Source: Tubulanus polymorphus
Lineage: Eukaryota > Animalia > Nemertea
Assembly: GCF_964204645.1 (NCBI RefSeq)
Contig: NC_134030.1
Location: 20,544,210 to 20,608,209, forward strand
Direction of reading: 5' to 3'
DNA: 64,000 nucleotides
Shown here piece by piece: positions 38,136 through 52,090 of the stretch. The translations under genes were made by a program, and so were the position numbers. A model generated the notes under the pieces. The model searched no databases. It was not told where the DNA came from and saw nothing but the letters and a program-made list of their open reading frames with translations. Each line of letters opens with the position of its first letter. Position 1 is the first letter of the stretch.

Positions 38136-39272
38136 ATTCAAAGAGTCTACCTTTTTCTTATTGAATCTGAAACTGAAGGCATGTACATTTTTAGTAGCCG
38201 TTCTACTTGCTAAAAACAAAACATAGGTCCCTTATGAACTATGAATATTGAAATCATTTATTTCCCAGTATAATTTACTTACTCGTTCTATCAGCGAAAT
38301 TGATATGTAAAATGATTATTATTTAGTATCATATATACGGGCGTGTTGACGATTTTGCACAAAACAGTCGCGCTGAAAACAAACATTGATGAGGATATTC
38401 GGCACTTGATTTGAGTAAATAATATGTGGTAGTTTTCGGGGACAGGTTTAATCAATTATCGGTGGTTGAATGATTATTGTTTAGTGTCCTATATACGGGC
38501 GTGTTGACGATTTTGCATAAAACACGCGCGGTGAAAACACGCATTGGACGTGAGGCTTTTTCGACACTTGACTCGAGGACGCGGCCATTTTCAAGAACAG
38601 TTTTAATCAATAATTGGCTGTTAGCATACAGTCAGTTAGAACGGTTCAAAAGTGCCATTTCCACATAAATATATGGCATTCGTTGCATACGTGTATCTAG
38701 GTAGACGTTCTTCTTTCATGCAATGGGAATTCCATAAAAGAAAACGTTTTCGAAGAAGAAACTCTGTTTTTGTACTGGTAATTTTTACTAAAGAAATCGA
38801 CTTAAGACATTAATGATTCGTACCAAGCGCCGGTTATAATATACCCGCTACTGTGGCAAGTGAGGATCCACCAGGTGACGTCTGTCAGTTACTGTATTTC
38901 TTCTGCAGTTCAATTAAATCCACTTTTAAAACTGAATTGAAAGATTATTTTATTCTACGTAAGATTTCAGAGAACACGTGATGAGATTCGGCACCGATAC
39001 TGTGGCAAGCGAGGATCCACCAGGTGTCGGTAGTGGTTACTCAGTTATTGTACTTCAGTTACTCAGTTACTTCAGTTACTGTACTGTTCTTCTGCATTTC
39101 AGTTCAATTCGAATCGACTTTTCTCATAAGTAAATCATTCGTTTTCAGTAAAATCTATACCATGCACCGATTGAGAAAGGGAATCTTTTATCTATCCGAT
39201 AACTTGTTTGATAATTCTCGGATTTAGAAGCCTAACAACCAAGCCTTAACGTCATGTCATCTTTGTCATTTT

Positions 39273-39438
39273 GTATTGACAGACTATCTATCGAACAATA
39301 GCAGGCTTGTTACCCCGGCAAAACATCGTTTAAAAAACGAACAAAATATTTACCAGTTTTGATACTATTTCAAGGCAAGATTCTTCTGTTGCGGGCATCC
39401 CTGCACTCGTTTCTTGATCGACTCAATTCTGGTAATCC
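39273..39438 (-). pseudogene. Decayed B-type lectin exon 4 downstream of copy 3
   Basis: Homologous to 59231-59386 (DYQN*VDQETS..ESCLEI..). The acceptor AG is lost, and there is a stop codon and indels. Confidence 0.75.
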
Positions 39439-40331
39439 GTGTAACCAATAATGAACGGGCTCACGAGATTCTATCCGTCAGTGCATTATATCATGAAATA
39501 TGGCGGAATGGGGTTTTAGCTTCGCCTTATACTTTCATATTAATTGGTTGATTGGTGTCACGAATTTACAAATGTTCTCATCCGCGCCCCGCACCCACGT
39601 AGGAAAACCCGACAACGAGCTGAGAGCTTTGTAGAAATATCCTGCAATAATCGTCGGTTCAGAAGATTTTATGACTAAAGGCTTTAATTTAATACATATT
39701 CCTTAAGGTTTCATTTTATCATTTCCGTCGATGTGCTTCATGAAATTTGGACTGATTACCATTCACATATAGACGTCTCGTTCAAGGCGATCTCAATATT
39801 CAACACCATCGGGTAAATCTAAAAAGAATCTTGATAGCTTGTCTGATCGTAACCTTAGCGTCGTAAAGATATCCGGCCTGTGATGTATTGCTCGCAAATG
39901 TCACGATTTTCATTTGTAGATAAATAAAGTCGCAGGGAAATCTTTTTGAACGTTGCTTGGGTGGTTTTCTGACGGCTCGCAAAACGTAATAGACATTTTC
40001 TGAAACGTGTTTTTCATCAGCAATCTCTGAGCTCTTGCGACTATCGAGTAAAATTGCCGGTTCGAATCCCGTATAGTTAATGTACCAGTTTCAGGTTAGA
40101 ACGTAAGCGCGCTAGAAAATGCAAATTATGTCTAATCATCCGACTGTGCAAGAACGGAATAAATAACTGAGTGTTCGATTTTCAGAGAATTAATCGTCGA
40201 ACAACTTCAGAAGTCTATCATTGGTCATAAGACGACCTATAACCGCTACAGAATAGTTTTATTTTCGATACCGAACAAAATGTGAATTTGTGATAACATC
40301 GTAGTGAAGATGTTCATCATATCGTTCTCGT

Positions 40332-42984
40332 TCATTGACAGTCCTTCGAACAAATAGCTGGCAGGAAATTGTAGCATAGAACATCGTTCCACTCACCACT
40401 ACCTCCATACATTTCAACGCAATTTTCGTAAACAAAACGACTATTCATCCACCATCGGGTTCTACTCGGCTCTCCGTGAGCCCAATTCCTGAAATTCTAC
40501 AAACAGGTAATAGAATTACTTCCTTATTATTCAAACCGGTATAAGTTATATAGATTGATAAACAAGCACAAACCAAGGTCGGATCGAGGATTCTATGGAG
40601 GGTTGGAACTTGATATTGGAATGGGCACTCAGTTGGAAAAATGGCAGATTTGGCAAGAATGCCGGCACCAAGCCATTAATAGGAGTCATCACTAAATATC
40701 TCGATTTGTTCTATTAAGAAACGCAATCTTATTCTGATAAGTTGACATGCTGAACATGATAACAGAGATAAGAATATATCACTGTTAATTCGATAGAAGA
40801 CATAATGTGAGTTTTATTTAATCTTTGCATGTAGAGCTTAAGCCAAATAAATTTCAAATGTTAAAAAAAATAAAAGACATGAAATGTTTTATTGAAATAT
40901 TTGAAAACATGTATATGTAAGTTGTAGATCGCCGATAAAGTACTATTATCAATTTAATTATAAAATAAATTTATTCTGTTCCTGGGCCGCTGATGATATC
41001 ACATCTTAAGGACTTGAAAATCCATATACTAAACAAAACAAAAATAATGATGGACAACAAACCCAGTGAAAGTTTTTAAGTAGCCGAATAAACTGAGCAG
41101 TCACTTCGTCATTAGAATCAAAGACAATTTGTGTTCTCTCCACTGTATTTGCAGAACCTGGTTTACATTGTATGATCGAGCTTAAATCAAGCTTAATCAG
41201 CTTCTTTATCCGTCACACACAAATCGTCAGTAAATTCCAAGATTTCAAGACCGACTGGCGATAACAATAAGCCTCTGTAAGCGTCCGTTCGTTTTCTAAT
41301 CGTTTGTCTGTTATTAGAGGAAGAATATGTTGTAGAGCTATTCGAATATGCACAAGTCATACGTAAGTTAGTTTTAAGTCAAGTTAGTTTCCCGGATGAT
41401 ATGGTTCCCAGTTCAACATGTTTCATTCTAATAAATATTTCAGAGAATCGACACCGAATCATTAACAACCCGAGGTTTAAAGAGAACGCAGTTCTACAAG
41501 ACTCGAGAACAGATGTCAACATGACTTGAAGGACTGAACTACGGTTTTAGATTTAAAAATCGAGTCGCCTGTCTCGTTACCGGCAGGAGGCTTGTGTGAC
41601 AAAGTTTGTAAGGAAAATACTAATAATTACCATATAACAATGAATCAAATAATCTAGATGGGCAGTCGTTCTTTTTAAGTTGTAATTTTTAAAAGTGGGT
41701 CAAAGCACGCGTACAAACCGTCAGAACGAACGGGCGACAAGACATACCATGAACGTACACGAATGTTTCGTGATTTTGAATACGGATGAAGTCATTATGT
41801 AGAAGTAGATCGGGCTGATCGTGAGAATTATTGCTACAATGAAGAAATTACCGATTGAAAGTTGAACGTCGAATACCCGGGGCTGGCATAATCCCTGAAT
41901 CCCAGGTAGGCGGAATCCGCATAAGCAGGTATCAGACCTGAAAACGATAACAGTATTATATCAGTTCAATATCTCACCCCCCCCCCCCATAAAACACGGT
42001 ACATGACATATTTCGGCATACATACTCTCAGCCACGTTATTCTCTTCAACGCTATCTACCATGGCCAGTCTGGAAGCGATGCAATGTTGATCTGGTCGGA
42101 GATATAACGAAGAAAGCTTGAAGCATTTCGTGTTTCCGGCTTTTGTCCAACCGCCTTCGCAAACACACGCTGAAACTATATCCAACGATTATCAAATTCT
42201 ATCGGATCATTTGCATGCGGTCTACACGGGTTAATAAGCCTAATATGGAGCGATGTGGCCGAGTTGTTTGAGCGTTCGCTCTGGAAAGCCAGTGAAGTCA
42301 TGTGAAGTAGTGTCCATAGGCGATACACTTTTCCTCATTTCCTCTTTCCATCCAGGAGTGAATAGGTACCTGGCCTGATAGATGACTCCTGAGCGCCTAG
42401 TAGCTGATCGGATTTAACTTCTCCCCAGGGAGAGATGATTGATACACGGAATAGAGTTATAGGCTGACGGTAATAATGCTGGAAAGTTAAGCGCTCTGAG
42501 CAGCTCCGTTGGATTAAGTGCTTTACGAGACAAATATTTACTTTGGATAGCAATAATGCTAATACAAACGACAAATTATCTTTCATTCTACCGTTTTATT
42601 TCCCGTTAAGTCACATCCTTTTTCTATCATTCATATCATTTCTTTTTCTTTTTCTAGATTCGATTAATTAGCTTGATATTTGTGAAGTTTTGGTTCGGAA
42701 AAATGGACGATCTTAATAAATTTGAAACAGTCGCACAGCCTGAAACATTTGCTTTTTCTGCAAAGCTTACTGCACACAGTTTTTCATTAACTTTAAACCG
42801 GTGAATATTTTCTACAATGGAACAGGTGCTATACACTTTTCAAAATTAATTTATTTGATTCTAACTCATATTTACTATCCATAGTTTGCTTAGCTTTATT
42901 TATTTGTGGCAATTCATATTGATATATTATTTTACCTGCCGTTGTAGAACAGACCAATAACAGTGTTGATATTATCAGCTTCAT
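40332..42984 (-). CDS. Secreted C-type lectin, copy 3 (B-lineage exons 1-3 plus A-type exon 4)
   Basis: Exons 42984-42936, 42169-42026, 41937-41852 (SLIPAYADSAYLGFRDY..), 40496-40332 (NFRNWAHGEPSRTRWW..CVEMYGGSGEWNDVLC..AICSKDCQ*). Frame is intact. Confidence 0.87.
42246..42545 (+). mobile_element. tRNA-derived SINE in intron 1 of B-lineage lectins (also 50393-51350 split, 60312-60600)
   Basis: A-box-like tggccgagt head, ggcaagacacttatcctcattgcctctttccacccaggagtaaa body, and aagcgctctgagcag..agcgctt tail. Confidence 0.7.
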
Positions 42985-43318
42985 TTTCGACGAGTCAACT
43001 TCTTCTTTTATCTATAACACTGATAAGGTAAACAGATACGCGTTTTAACTGTTTATTGAAAGATTAAGCCTATTATGGGAAGTGCATGGTCCTTGCATAT
43101 TTGCTGAGTTGAAAATCAACCAGGGAATTATACACAAAGTTTCATTGGTCATATGCGCTTAATATATATCTACTTAATATGTTCTTTGTTTTTGTTTTTT
43201 CGTTCTAAATTGTTACGGTTCAGTCTAGAACTAACTTTTAACATCGTTAACGTTCATTTTCCGTTTCGTTCACGTTTACAGCGGAAATCAATTGGCGTTT
43301 AGGAACGAAATTCCAGTC

Positions 43319-43422
43319 GCGTGTACGGCGTGTACGGCGCGTACGGCGTCTACGGCGCGTACGGCGTGTACGGCGTGTACGGCGTGTACGGCGCGTACGG
43401 CGTGTACGGCGTGTACGGCGCG
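43319..43422. repeat. 9-bp repeat (gcgtgtacg)n
   Basis: About 11 units visible; absent from the duplicated segment at ~52272. Confidence 0.95.
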
Positions 43423-44897
43423 TTTCAATTGGAACGATAAACGACAACGCGATGCAATTATCATTTTGAAACGCCATAATTGATGACGTAGTGCACATGA
43501 ACTCACACAAAAACCCTCAACGCATACTATCCAAAAAACTTTATTGTGACGGATTTTACTGCGCCAAAATATAATTGAATTGATACACTTGATTTGATAC
43601 TTGACTTGATATTTGATTTGATGCACTCGATTTGATATTTGATAAACTCGATTTGCTATTTGATTTGATGCACTCAATTTGATATTTGATAAACTCGATT
43701 TGATATTTGACTTGATACACCTGATTCGATATTTGATTTGATACACTTGATTTGATGCCCGATTTGATGAATTTCAAAGTAAAAATACATGAATATATTA
43801 TATCAACACGGTAATCACCAGGATAGATCGTAATTTGATTTCCATTTCACTTATTGTACAAATCGTGTATTCGAATTTTTCCTAGGCCGTTTTGTAATTT
43901 CTGGACATTTCGACTAAGAACTCTATTTATAATCACTCTTCCCCGGCATATGATTTTACTTACCCGCTTCGTCAGCAGTTTCGTGATAAATGTTCAATTA
44001 TAATTCGGCCGGAATAATATTGAAATTGCATCGATTTTTTGCGAAAACACATGTTTTGACTGCAAATATGAATGAAACGTTTTAGCACTTAATTTGAATA
44101 AATATTCCCTAGGTGCGGTTGGGTGGATGACTGTTAAAATAATTGTTACATATGAAAGCCCTGAAGTATGGAAGCCCTAAACGACCGATTGCGAAATCAC
44201 CAGTTATGTTTTTTTACGAAATTCTGTTTGACGATATTACGAGTTACGATTTGGACGATTATCGATTGGCCACTACAACAGTTCGGTTGTTCAGAACTTC
44301 AACAGAGACATTTTAAAAAAACAAACTTATCATCCACGTTCTCATGTGTTCGGAACCTCACCTGAGACATTTCTAATCGAAAATGAACTACAACCACCAG
44401 ACATTAGACATTTTATCAGCACACTTCCAAAAACTGATCATCCACACTTCACATGTGTTCAGTGCATCACCTGAGACATTTCTAATTGAAAATGAACTAC
44501 AAACACCAGACATTAGACATTTTATCAGCACACTTTCAAAAACTGATCGTCCACACTTCACATGTGTTCAGAACTTCACCTGAGACATTTTTAAAATGAA
44601 AATTAACTGCAAGCACAGGAACAAAAATATGAAAGCCTCATATATTTTGCATGGAACATCTGTCCAGAATACAAACAATATTTCGAGTTTAATCAACTAT
44701 TGGCGGTTCATGAGTGGTCTATGGTCATGAATATACAGATATCGAAACCACATATCTTTTGCGAGAAATCAATAAACTATATATATATATATATATATCA
44801 AAGTTTATTGATTGGTTTTATTTTTCATACCGCACAAAATACATATAAGATAAGAGATATCGCAGTGAAGATGTTCATATCGTCCTCTCGTTCATTT

Positions 44898-46502
44898 CTA
44901 TTGACAGTCCTTCGAACAAATAGCTCGTTTCGGACTCTGGCATATAACATCGTTCCATTTACCACTACCTCGATACATTTCAACGCAACGTTCGAAAAAA
45001 CGAAGACCATACAACCATCCGACTCCACTCGGCTGTCCGGTAGCCCAATTCCTGAAATCCTGCAAACAGATACAAAAAACTTCCTTATGAATCAAACCAG
45101 TATAAGTTATATTAATATCTATGGATAAAACAAGGTCGGATCGAGGATTCTATGAGGGGATGGAATTTGATATTGGAATGGACATTAACTTCGAAAAGGA
45201 CCGATTTGGCAATGCGGGCTGCGAGCGAAGCATTGGGGTGGGTAATGCATCTCCCACGGATGATTAAAAATGGTCCATTTGGATTTATTGTTAGTCTTTT
45301 CTTAAATTTCCCAATGCAAAAAAATCTAATAACACATAAAAACCATCTTGTATACGTCAGGATGTTTCCTTTGTTTCAAAGAGCGGTCTAGCGCACGCGT
45401 GAAGGCCAGAACTAAAGGCAACATACACGCGCTTACGAGCAAAGCTGAGCTACTTAATTTTCCGCTAGATGGCGAACTAGTCGAAGGTTGCTGCTCTAAT
45501 GCATTATGGAATGCTTTAGAGCTGTCTTACAGTCGCTGAAATGCCCAAACACGGATAGTTGGCGAAAAAGATGTTTGAAAAATTTTCTTTTCTTTTGGAA
45601 AATCCCCCACATCTCGAGAAAATCAACTCTTTCGTTGGTGAATAAAAAATCATTTTTATTCACCAACGAAAGAGTTGATTGAAGCTACTTTGATATATAG
45701 AATCACGGTACATATAGGACAATGTTATTCGAGAGAATATTCCTAGAAACGACGAACTTACCGTAGTGAGGTCAAATGATGAGCCCCGTTTCCAAATACC
45801 AAGCCAAACAGACGAAACGTCATCGGGTATTAGACCTAAAATGACGACAGTATCGTTTAAGCTAAAACATGATCGCCACTCCTCTGCATAAAACAGCATA
45901 GTCCATCACGTACATACTCTGAGCTACGTTATTTTCCTCCAAGCTATCGATTCTGGCTAGTTTCGAAGACGAACAATGTTGGCTTTGCGGCGAAATTTCC
46001 GGAAAAAACTTTAAGCATTTCGTGTTTCCAGCCGGGGTCCAACCGTCATCACAAACACACGCTGTAACTATATATACATCCATACGACACAACGATTAGC
46101 GATGACTCAAACATCATCAGCAATCCAAAATTTCCCCCTCTTAATTTATAAAACGCACTGATCAAAACACCTCTTTCTCTGTTCGAATTCTATACAATAA
46201 TCACCATCATAAAAGACAATTGCTTTTAATTTGTTTAGTTTGTAACGGTTCCTTGCCGCCTAGTACTAACTATTCATAGCAGTCGTAGATCTGGATCCAA
46301 TCGACTTTCGTTTCTCAATCAGACAAAATCCATTAAATTCCACACACTTTTTTCGTTTAAGAGCTTTGCCCAATGAAATAGATTTCAGGAAGTTTTCTAA
46401 CATAAATGATGGATAGTAATATCAATAAGTGACAATTATATTGGTATACTTACCTGCCGTTGTAGAACAGACCAGGAACAGAGTCGATATCATCAGCTTC
46501 AT
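44898..46502 (-). CDS. Secreted C-type lectin, copy 4 (A lineage)
   Basis: Exons 46502-46454, 46061-45918, 45835-45762, 45059-44898 (DFRNWATGQPSGVGWLYG..CVEMYRGSGKWNDVICQSPKRAICSKDCQ*). Frame is intact. Confidence 0.88.
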
Positions 46503-47639
46503 ATTCGAAGAGTCTACCTCTTTCTTATTTGATCTGAAACTGAAGGCATGGACATTTTTAGTAGCCGTTCTACTTGCTAACAACAAAACATAGGTCCCTT
46601 ATGAACTATGAATATTGAAATCATTTATTTCCAGGTATAATTTACTTACTCGTTCTATCAGCGAAATTGATATGTAAAATGATTATTGTTTAGTATCATA
46701 TATACGGGCGTGTTGACGCTTTTGCACAAAACAGTCGCGCTGAAAACAAACATTGATGAGGATATTCAGCACTTGATTTGAGTAAATAATATGTGGTAGT
46801 TTTCGGGGACAGGTTTAATCAATTATCGGTGGTTGAATGATTATTGTTTAGTGTCCTATATAAGAGCGTGTTGACGATTTCGCATAAAATATGCGCAGTG
46901 AAAACACACATTGGCCGTCAGGCTTTTTCGACACTTGACTCGAGGACGCGGCCATTTTCAAGAACAGTTTAAATCAATAATTGGTTGTTTGCATACAGTC
47001 AGTTAGAACTGTTAAAAAGTGCCATTTCCACATAAATATATGGCATTCATTGCATACGTGTATCTAGGTAGACATTCTTCTTTCATGCAATGGGAATTCC
47101 ATAAAAGAAAACGTTTTCGAAGAAGAAACTCTGTTTTTGTACTGGTAATTTTTACTAAAGAAATCGACTTAAGACATTAATGATTCGTACCAAGCGCCGG
47201 TTATAATATACCCGCTACTGTGGCAAGTGAGGATCCACCAGGTGACGTCTGTCAGTTACTGTATTTCTTCTGCAGTTCAATTAAATCCACTTTTAAAACT
47301 GAATTGAAAGATTATTTTATTCTACGTAAGATTTCAGAGAACACGTGATGAGATTCGGCACCGATACTGTGGCAAGCGAGGATCCACCAGGTGTCGGTAG
47401 TAGTTACTCAGTTATTGTACTTCAGTTACTCAGTTACTTCAGTTACTGTACTGTTCTTCTGCATTTCAATTCAATTCGAATCGACTTTTCTCATAAGTAA
47501 ATCATTCGTTTTCAGTAAAATCTATACCATGCACCGATTGAGAAAGGGAATCTTTTATCTATCCGATAACTTGTTTGATAATTCTCGGATTTAGAAGCCT
47601 AAAAACCAAGCCTTAACGTCATGTCATCTTTGTCATTTT

Positions 47640-47806
47640 GTATTGACAGACTATCTATCGAACAATAGCCGGCTTGTTACCCCGGCAAAACATCGTTTAA
47701 AAAACGAACAGAATATTTACCAGTTTTGATACTATTTCAAGGCAAGATTCTTCTGTTGCGGGCATCCCTGCACTCGTTTCTTGATCGACTCAATTCTGGT
47801 AATCCG
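47640..47806 (-). pseudogene. Decayed B-type lectin exon 4 downstream of copy 5
   Basis: Near-identical to 39273-39438. Confidence 0.75.
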
Positions 47807-48663
47807 TGTAACCAATAATGAACGGGCTCACGAGATTCTATCCGTCAGTTCATTATATCATGAAATATGGCGGAACGGGGTATTAGCTTCGCCTTATACT
47901 TTCATATTAATTGGTTGATCGGTGTCACGAATTTTCAATGCTCTCATCCGCAACGAGCTGAGAGCTTTGTAGAAATATCCAGCATCGGTTCAGACGATTT
48001 TATGTCTAAAGGCTTTGATTTAATACATATTCCTTAAGGTTTCATTTTATCATTTCCGTCGATGTGCTTCATGAAATTTGGACTGATTACCATTCACATA
48101 TAGACGTCTCGTTCAAGGCGATCTCAATATTCAACACCATCGGGTAAATCTAAAAAGAATCTTCATAACTTGTCTGATCGTAACCTTAGCGTCGTAAAGA
48201 TATCCGGCCTGTGATGTATTGCTCGCAAATGTCACGATTTTCATTTGTAGATAAATAAAGTCGCAGGGAAATCTTTTTGAACGTTGCTTGGGTGGTTTTC
48301 TGACGGCTCGCAAAACGTAATAGACATTTTCTGAAACGTGTTTTTCATCAGCAATCTCTGAGCTCTTGCGACTATCGAGTAAAATTGCCGGTTCGAATCC
48401 CTTATAGTTAATGTACCAGTTTCAGGTTAGAACGTAAGCGCGCTAGAAAATGCAAATTATGTCTTATCATCCGACTGTGCAAGAACGGAATAAATAACTG
48501 AGTGTTCGATTTTCAGAGAATTAATCGTCGAACAACTTCAGAAGTCTATCATTGGTCATAAGACGACCTATAACCGCTACAGAATAGTTTTATTTTCGAT
48601 ACCGAACAAAAATGTGAATTTGTGATAATATCGTAGTGAAGATGTTCATCATATCGTTCTCGT

Positions 48664-51600
48664 TCATTGACAGTCCTTCGAACAAATAGCTGGCCGGAAA
48701 TTGTAGCACAGAACATCGTTCCACTTACCACTACCTCCATACATTTCAACGCATTTTTCGTAAACAAAAAGACTATTTATCGACCATTTGGTTCTACTCG
48801 GCTGTCCGGTAGCCCAATTCCTGAAATTCTGCAGACAGGCAATAGAATAACTTCCTTATTAATCAAACCGGTATAAGTTATATAGATTGATATACAAGCT
48901 ACAACCAAGGTCGGATCGAGGATTCTTTTGAGGGTTGGAACTAGAACTTGATATTGGAATGGGCACTAATTTGGAAAAATGGCAGATTTGGCAAGAATGC
49001 CGGCACCAAGCCATTAATAGGAGTCATCACTAAATATCTCGATTTGTTCTATTAAGAAACTCAATCTCATTCTGAGACGTGCTGAACATGATAACAGAGA
49101 TAAGAATATATCACTGTTAATTCGATAGAAGACATAATGTGAGTTTTATTTAATCTTTGCATGTAGAGCTTAAGCCAAATAAATTTCAAATGTTAGAAAA
49201 AAAAATAAAAGACATAAAACGTTTTATTGAAATATTTGAAAACATGTATATGTAAGTTGTAGATCGCCGATGAAGTACTATTATCAATAAATTAATAATT
49301 TGATTTATTCCGCTCCTGGGCCGCTGTTGATATAAGTTAAGTTAGTTTCCGACTCAGTTCCACAGTTGCGAGTTAGAGTTAACTCTGAGTTAAAGTTAGT
49401 TCATTTTCAATGAGTTAACTCAGAGTTAAATCTTAACTGGGAACTGTGGAACTGGACCCCGGATGATGGGGTTTTGAAATAACTGTTCGAAACTAAACGT
49501 TTCTACAAATCTACTGTGGGTTTTTTTATTTCTAACACTGAGATTCATATCAGTTCACTATAGTCAACATGTTTCATTCTAATCAATATTTCAGAGAATC
49601 GGCATCGAATCATTAAAAACCCGAGGGTTAAAGAGAACGCAGTTCTACAAGACTCGAGAACAGATGTCAACATGACTTGAAGGACTGAACTACGGTTTTA
49701 GATTTAAAAATCGAGTCGCCTGTCTCGTTACCGGCAGGAGGTTTGTGTGGCGAGTTTGTAAGGAAAATACTAATAATTACCATATAACAATGAATCAAAT
49801 AATCTAGATGGGCATAGTCGTTCTTTTTAAGTTGTAAATTTTCAAAGTGGGTCAAAGCACGCGTACAAATCGTCAGAACGAACGGGCGACAAGACATACC
49901 ATGAACGTACACGAATGTTTCGTGATTTTGAATACGGATGAAGTCATTATGTAGAAGTAGATCTGGCTGATCGTGAGAATTATTGCTACAATGAAGAAAT
50001 TACCGATTGAAAGTTGAACGTCGAATACCCGGGGCTGGCATAATCCCTGAATCCGAGGTAGGCGGAATCCGCATGAACCATCAGACCTGAAAACGATAAC
50101 AGTATTATATCAGTTCAATAACTCTCCCGATAAAACACGCACGGCACATGGCATATTTCAGCATACATACTCTGAGCCACATTATTCTCTTCAACGCTAT
50201 CTACCATGGCCAGTCTGGAAAACATGCAATGTTGATCTTGCCGGCCATATTCCATAAAAAGCTTGAAGCATTTTGAGTTTCCGGCTTTCGTCCAACCGGC
50301 TTCACAAACACACGCTGAAACTATATCCAACTATTATCAAATTCTATCAGATCATTTGCATGCGGTTCTACACGGTCTATAAGCCTATACTATGGAGCGA
50401 TGTGGCCGAGTTGTTTGAGCGTTCGCTCTGGAAGCCGGGTCATGTGAAGTAGTGTCCCATAGGCGATACACTTATCCTCATTTCCTCTCTCCACCCAGGA
50501 AGAAAGACACTAAATATTTGGATGGATATATGAAAGCTGTGGGTACTGGAGTGTGTAATGGGTAGTGTAGTGTGATCTGTGTGCATTTGTGACCAGCACA
50601 CAGATCACATTGTTCATTGGGGTTTGGTCCAGGACTCACGAGATTTTCAACAACACGGAAGTAACGTGTAATAAATGATGACTTGAATTGCATGACTACC
50701 TACCACCCGTCATTATTGTTGGAAAACTAAACGTTCCGCACTGACTAAAAATTAGTAATAACATTGTAGAAATGGCCAGAATTTTAACTTAGGTTCTATC
50801 TCATTTTTATTTTACAATTGCGATTGGTATAATTTTTTTTTAAACGTCCGTTAAGGCTTCATGTTTCGTCTGTTCTTCACTGCAAATAGTTACGCAACTA
50901 CGCACATTTCAGTGTTTTTGGCAGCTGTACACTCAATCGGCACCGTTCGTGACTACCTTCACTGCGGAATTATCATTAATTAACATCGCCATATCACATC
51001 ATCAACTTATATTGTGCCTTAAAACCCTAACAGCCGAAATAATTGAAATGCACACACGATTTCTATCATTGAAAATTGAGAGAGTGGCCGTGTTTGTGTT
51101 CTGCTGCTTCGCGTAAATCCCGCGCGGTTGCGCAACCGCGCGGAGTGGGGCCGATACGTCCAGGAGTAAATAGGTACCTGGTCTGATAGATGTCTCCCGA
51201 GCGTCTAGCAGCTGCTCGGATGTTACCTCTCCCCAGGGAGAGATGACTGATACATGGAATGGAGTTATAGGCTGGGAATAACAATGCTGGAAAGTTAGGC
51301 GCTCTGAGCAGCTTCGCTGGATTTAGCGCTTTATAAGTCAAAATGTTTACTTAGGCTAACAATAATGCTAACACATATTAAACGACAATCTTTGTCTTTC
51401 AATCTACTGTTTTATTTCCCGTTAATTCATGTCCTTTCTTCTACAATTCATACTATTTATTTTTCTTTTTACAGATTCGATAAATTAGCTTAATATTTGT
51501 GAACATGGGTCGGAAAAATTTACGATAAATTCAAAAACAGTCGCACAGCCTGAAACATTTGCTTTTTCTGCAAAGCTTACTGCACACAGTTTTTCATTAA

Positions 51601-51797
51601 CTTTGAGGGACTGGTGAACCTTTTCTACAATGGAACAGGCGCTTTACACTTTTCAAAATTGATTTATTCGATTCTAACTCATATTTACTATCCATAGTTT
51701 GCTTAGCTTTATTCATTTGTGGCAATTCATATTGATATATTATTTTACCTGCCGTTGTAGAACAGACCAATAACAGAGTTGATATTATCAGCATCAT
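48664..51797 (-). CDS. Secreted C-type lectin, copy 5 (B-lineage exons 1-3 plus A-type exon 4)
   Basis: Exons 51797-51749, 50314-50171, 50086-50004, 48828-48664 (NFRNWATGQPSRTKWS..GKWNDVLC..). Frame is intact. Confidence 0.87.
49353..49460. mobile_element. Short palindromic MITE (relatives at ~56535-56672 and ~13190-13238)
   Basis: cagttccacagtt..aactgtggaactg inverted termini; absent from the duplicated segment at ~41390. Confidence 0.6.
50499..51163. mobile_element. Unclassified ~660-bp TIR-less element inserted at CCAG (copy 2)
   Basis: Interrupts the SINE in intron 1 of lectin copy 5. Empty sites are visible at ~42352 and ~60409. Confidence 0.85.
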
Positions 51798-51934
51798 TTT
51801 CGACGAGTCAACTTCTTCTTTTATCTATAACACTGATAACGTATACAGATATTGAAAGATTTATTAAGCCTATTATGGGAAGTGCATGGTCCTTGCATAT
51901 TTGCTGAGTTGAGAATCAACCAGGGAATTACACA

Positions 51935-52090
51935 AATTAAAAGAATTTAAAAACAAGAATTTATTTATTAAATCTAAAATATTTAAAAGACACGACGTTT
52001 CGATCTCACCCTAGAGATCATCGTCAGGTGTGTTATAGTGGGATTTTATCTTATTATCCGTTCACCACGTTTGAGTGTGGTTATCGTTCA
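51935..52090 (-). mobile_element. Penelope-like element with intact hammerhead (51989-52032)
   Basis: Reverse complement reads acacCTGACGAtgatctctagggtgagatcGAAAcGTCgtgt. Absent from the duplicated segment at ~43130. Confidence 0.8.

Noticed and set aside
40030-40080. tRNA genes at GGTTCGAATCC motifs (also 53480, 62610)
   Set aside because: B-box only; no acceptor stem or cloverleaf could be folded.
43247-43777. RRT/AVH/CTA and YQIK repeat ORFs (also 61133-61491)
   Set aside because: Translations of micro- and minisatellites.
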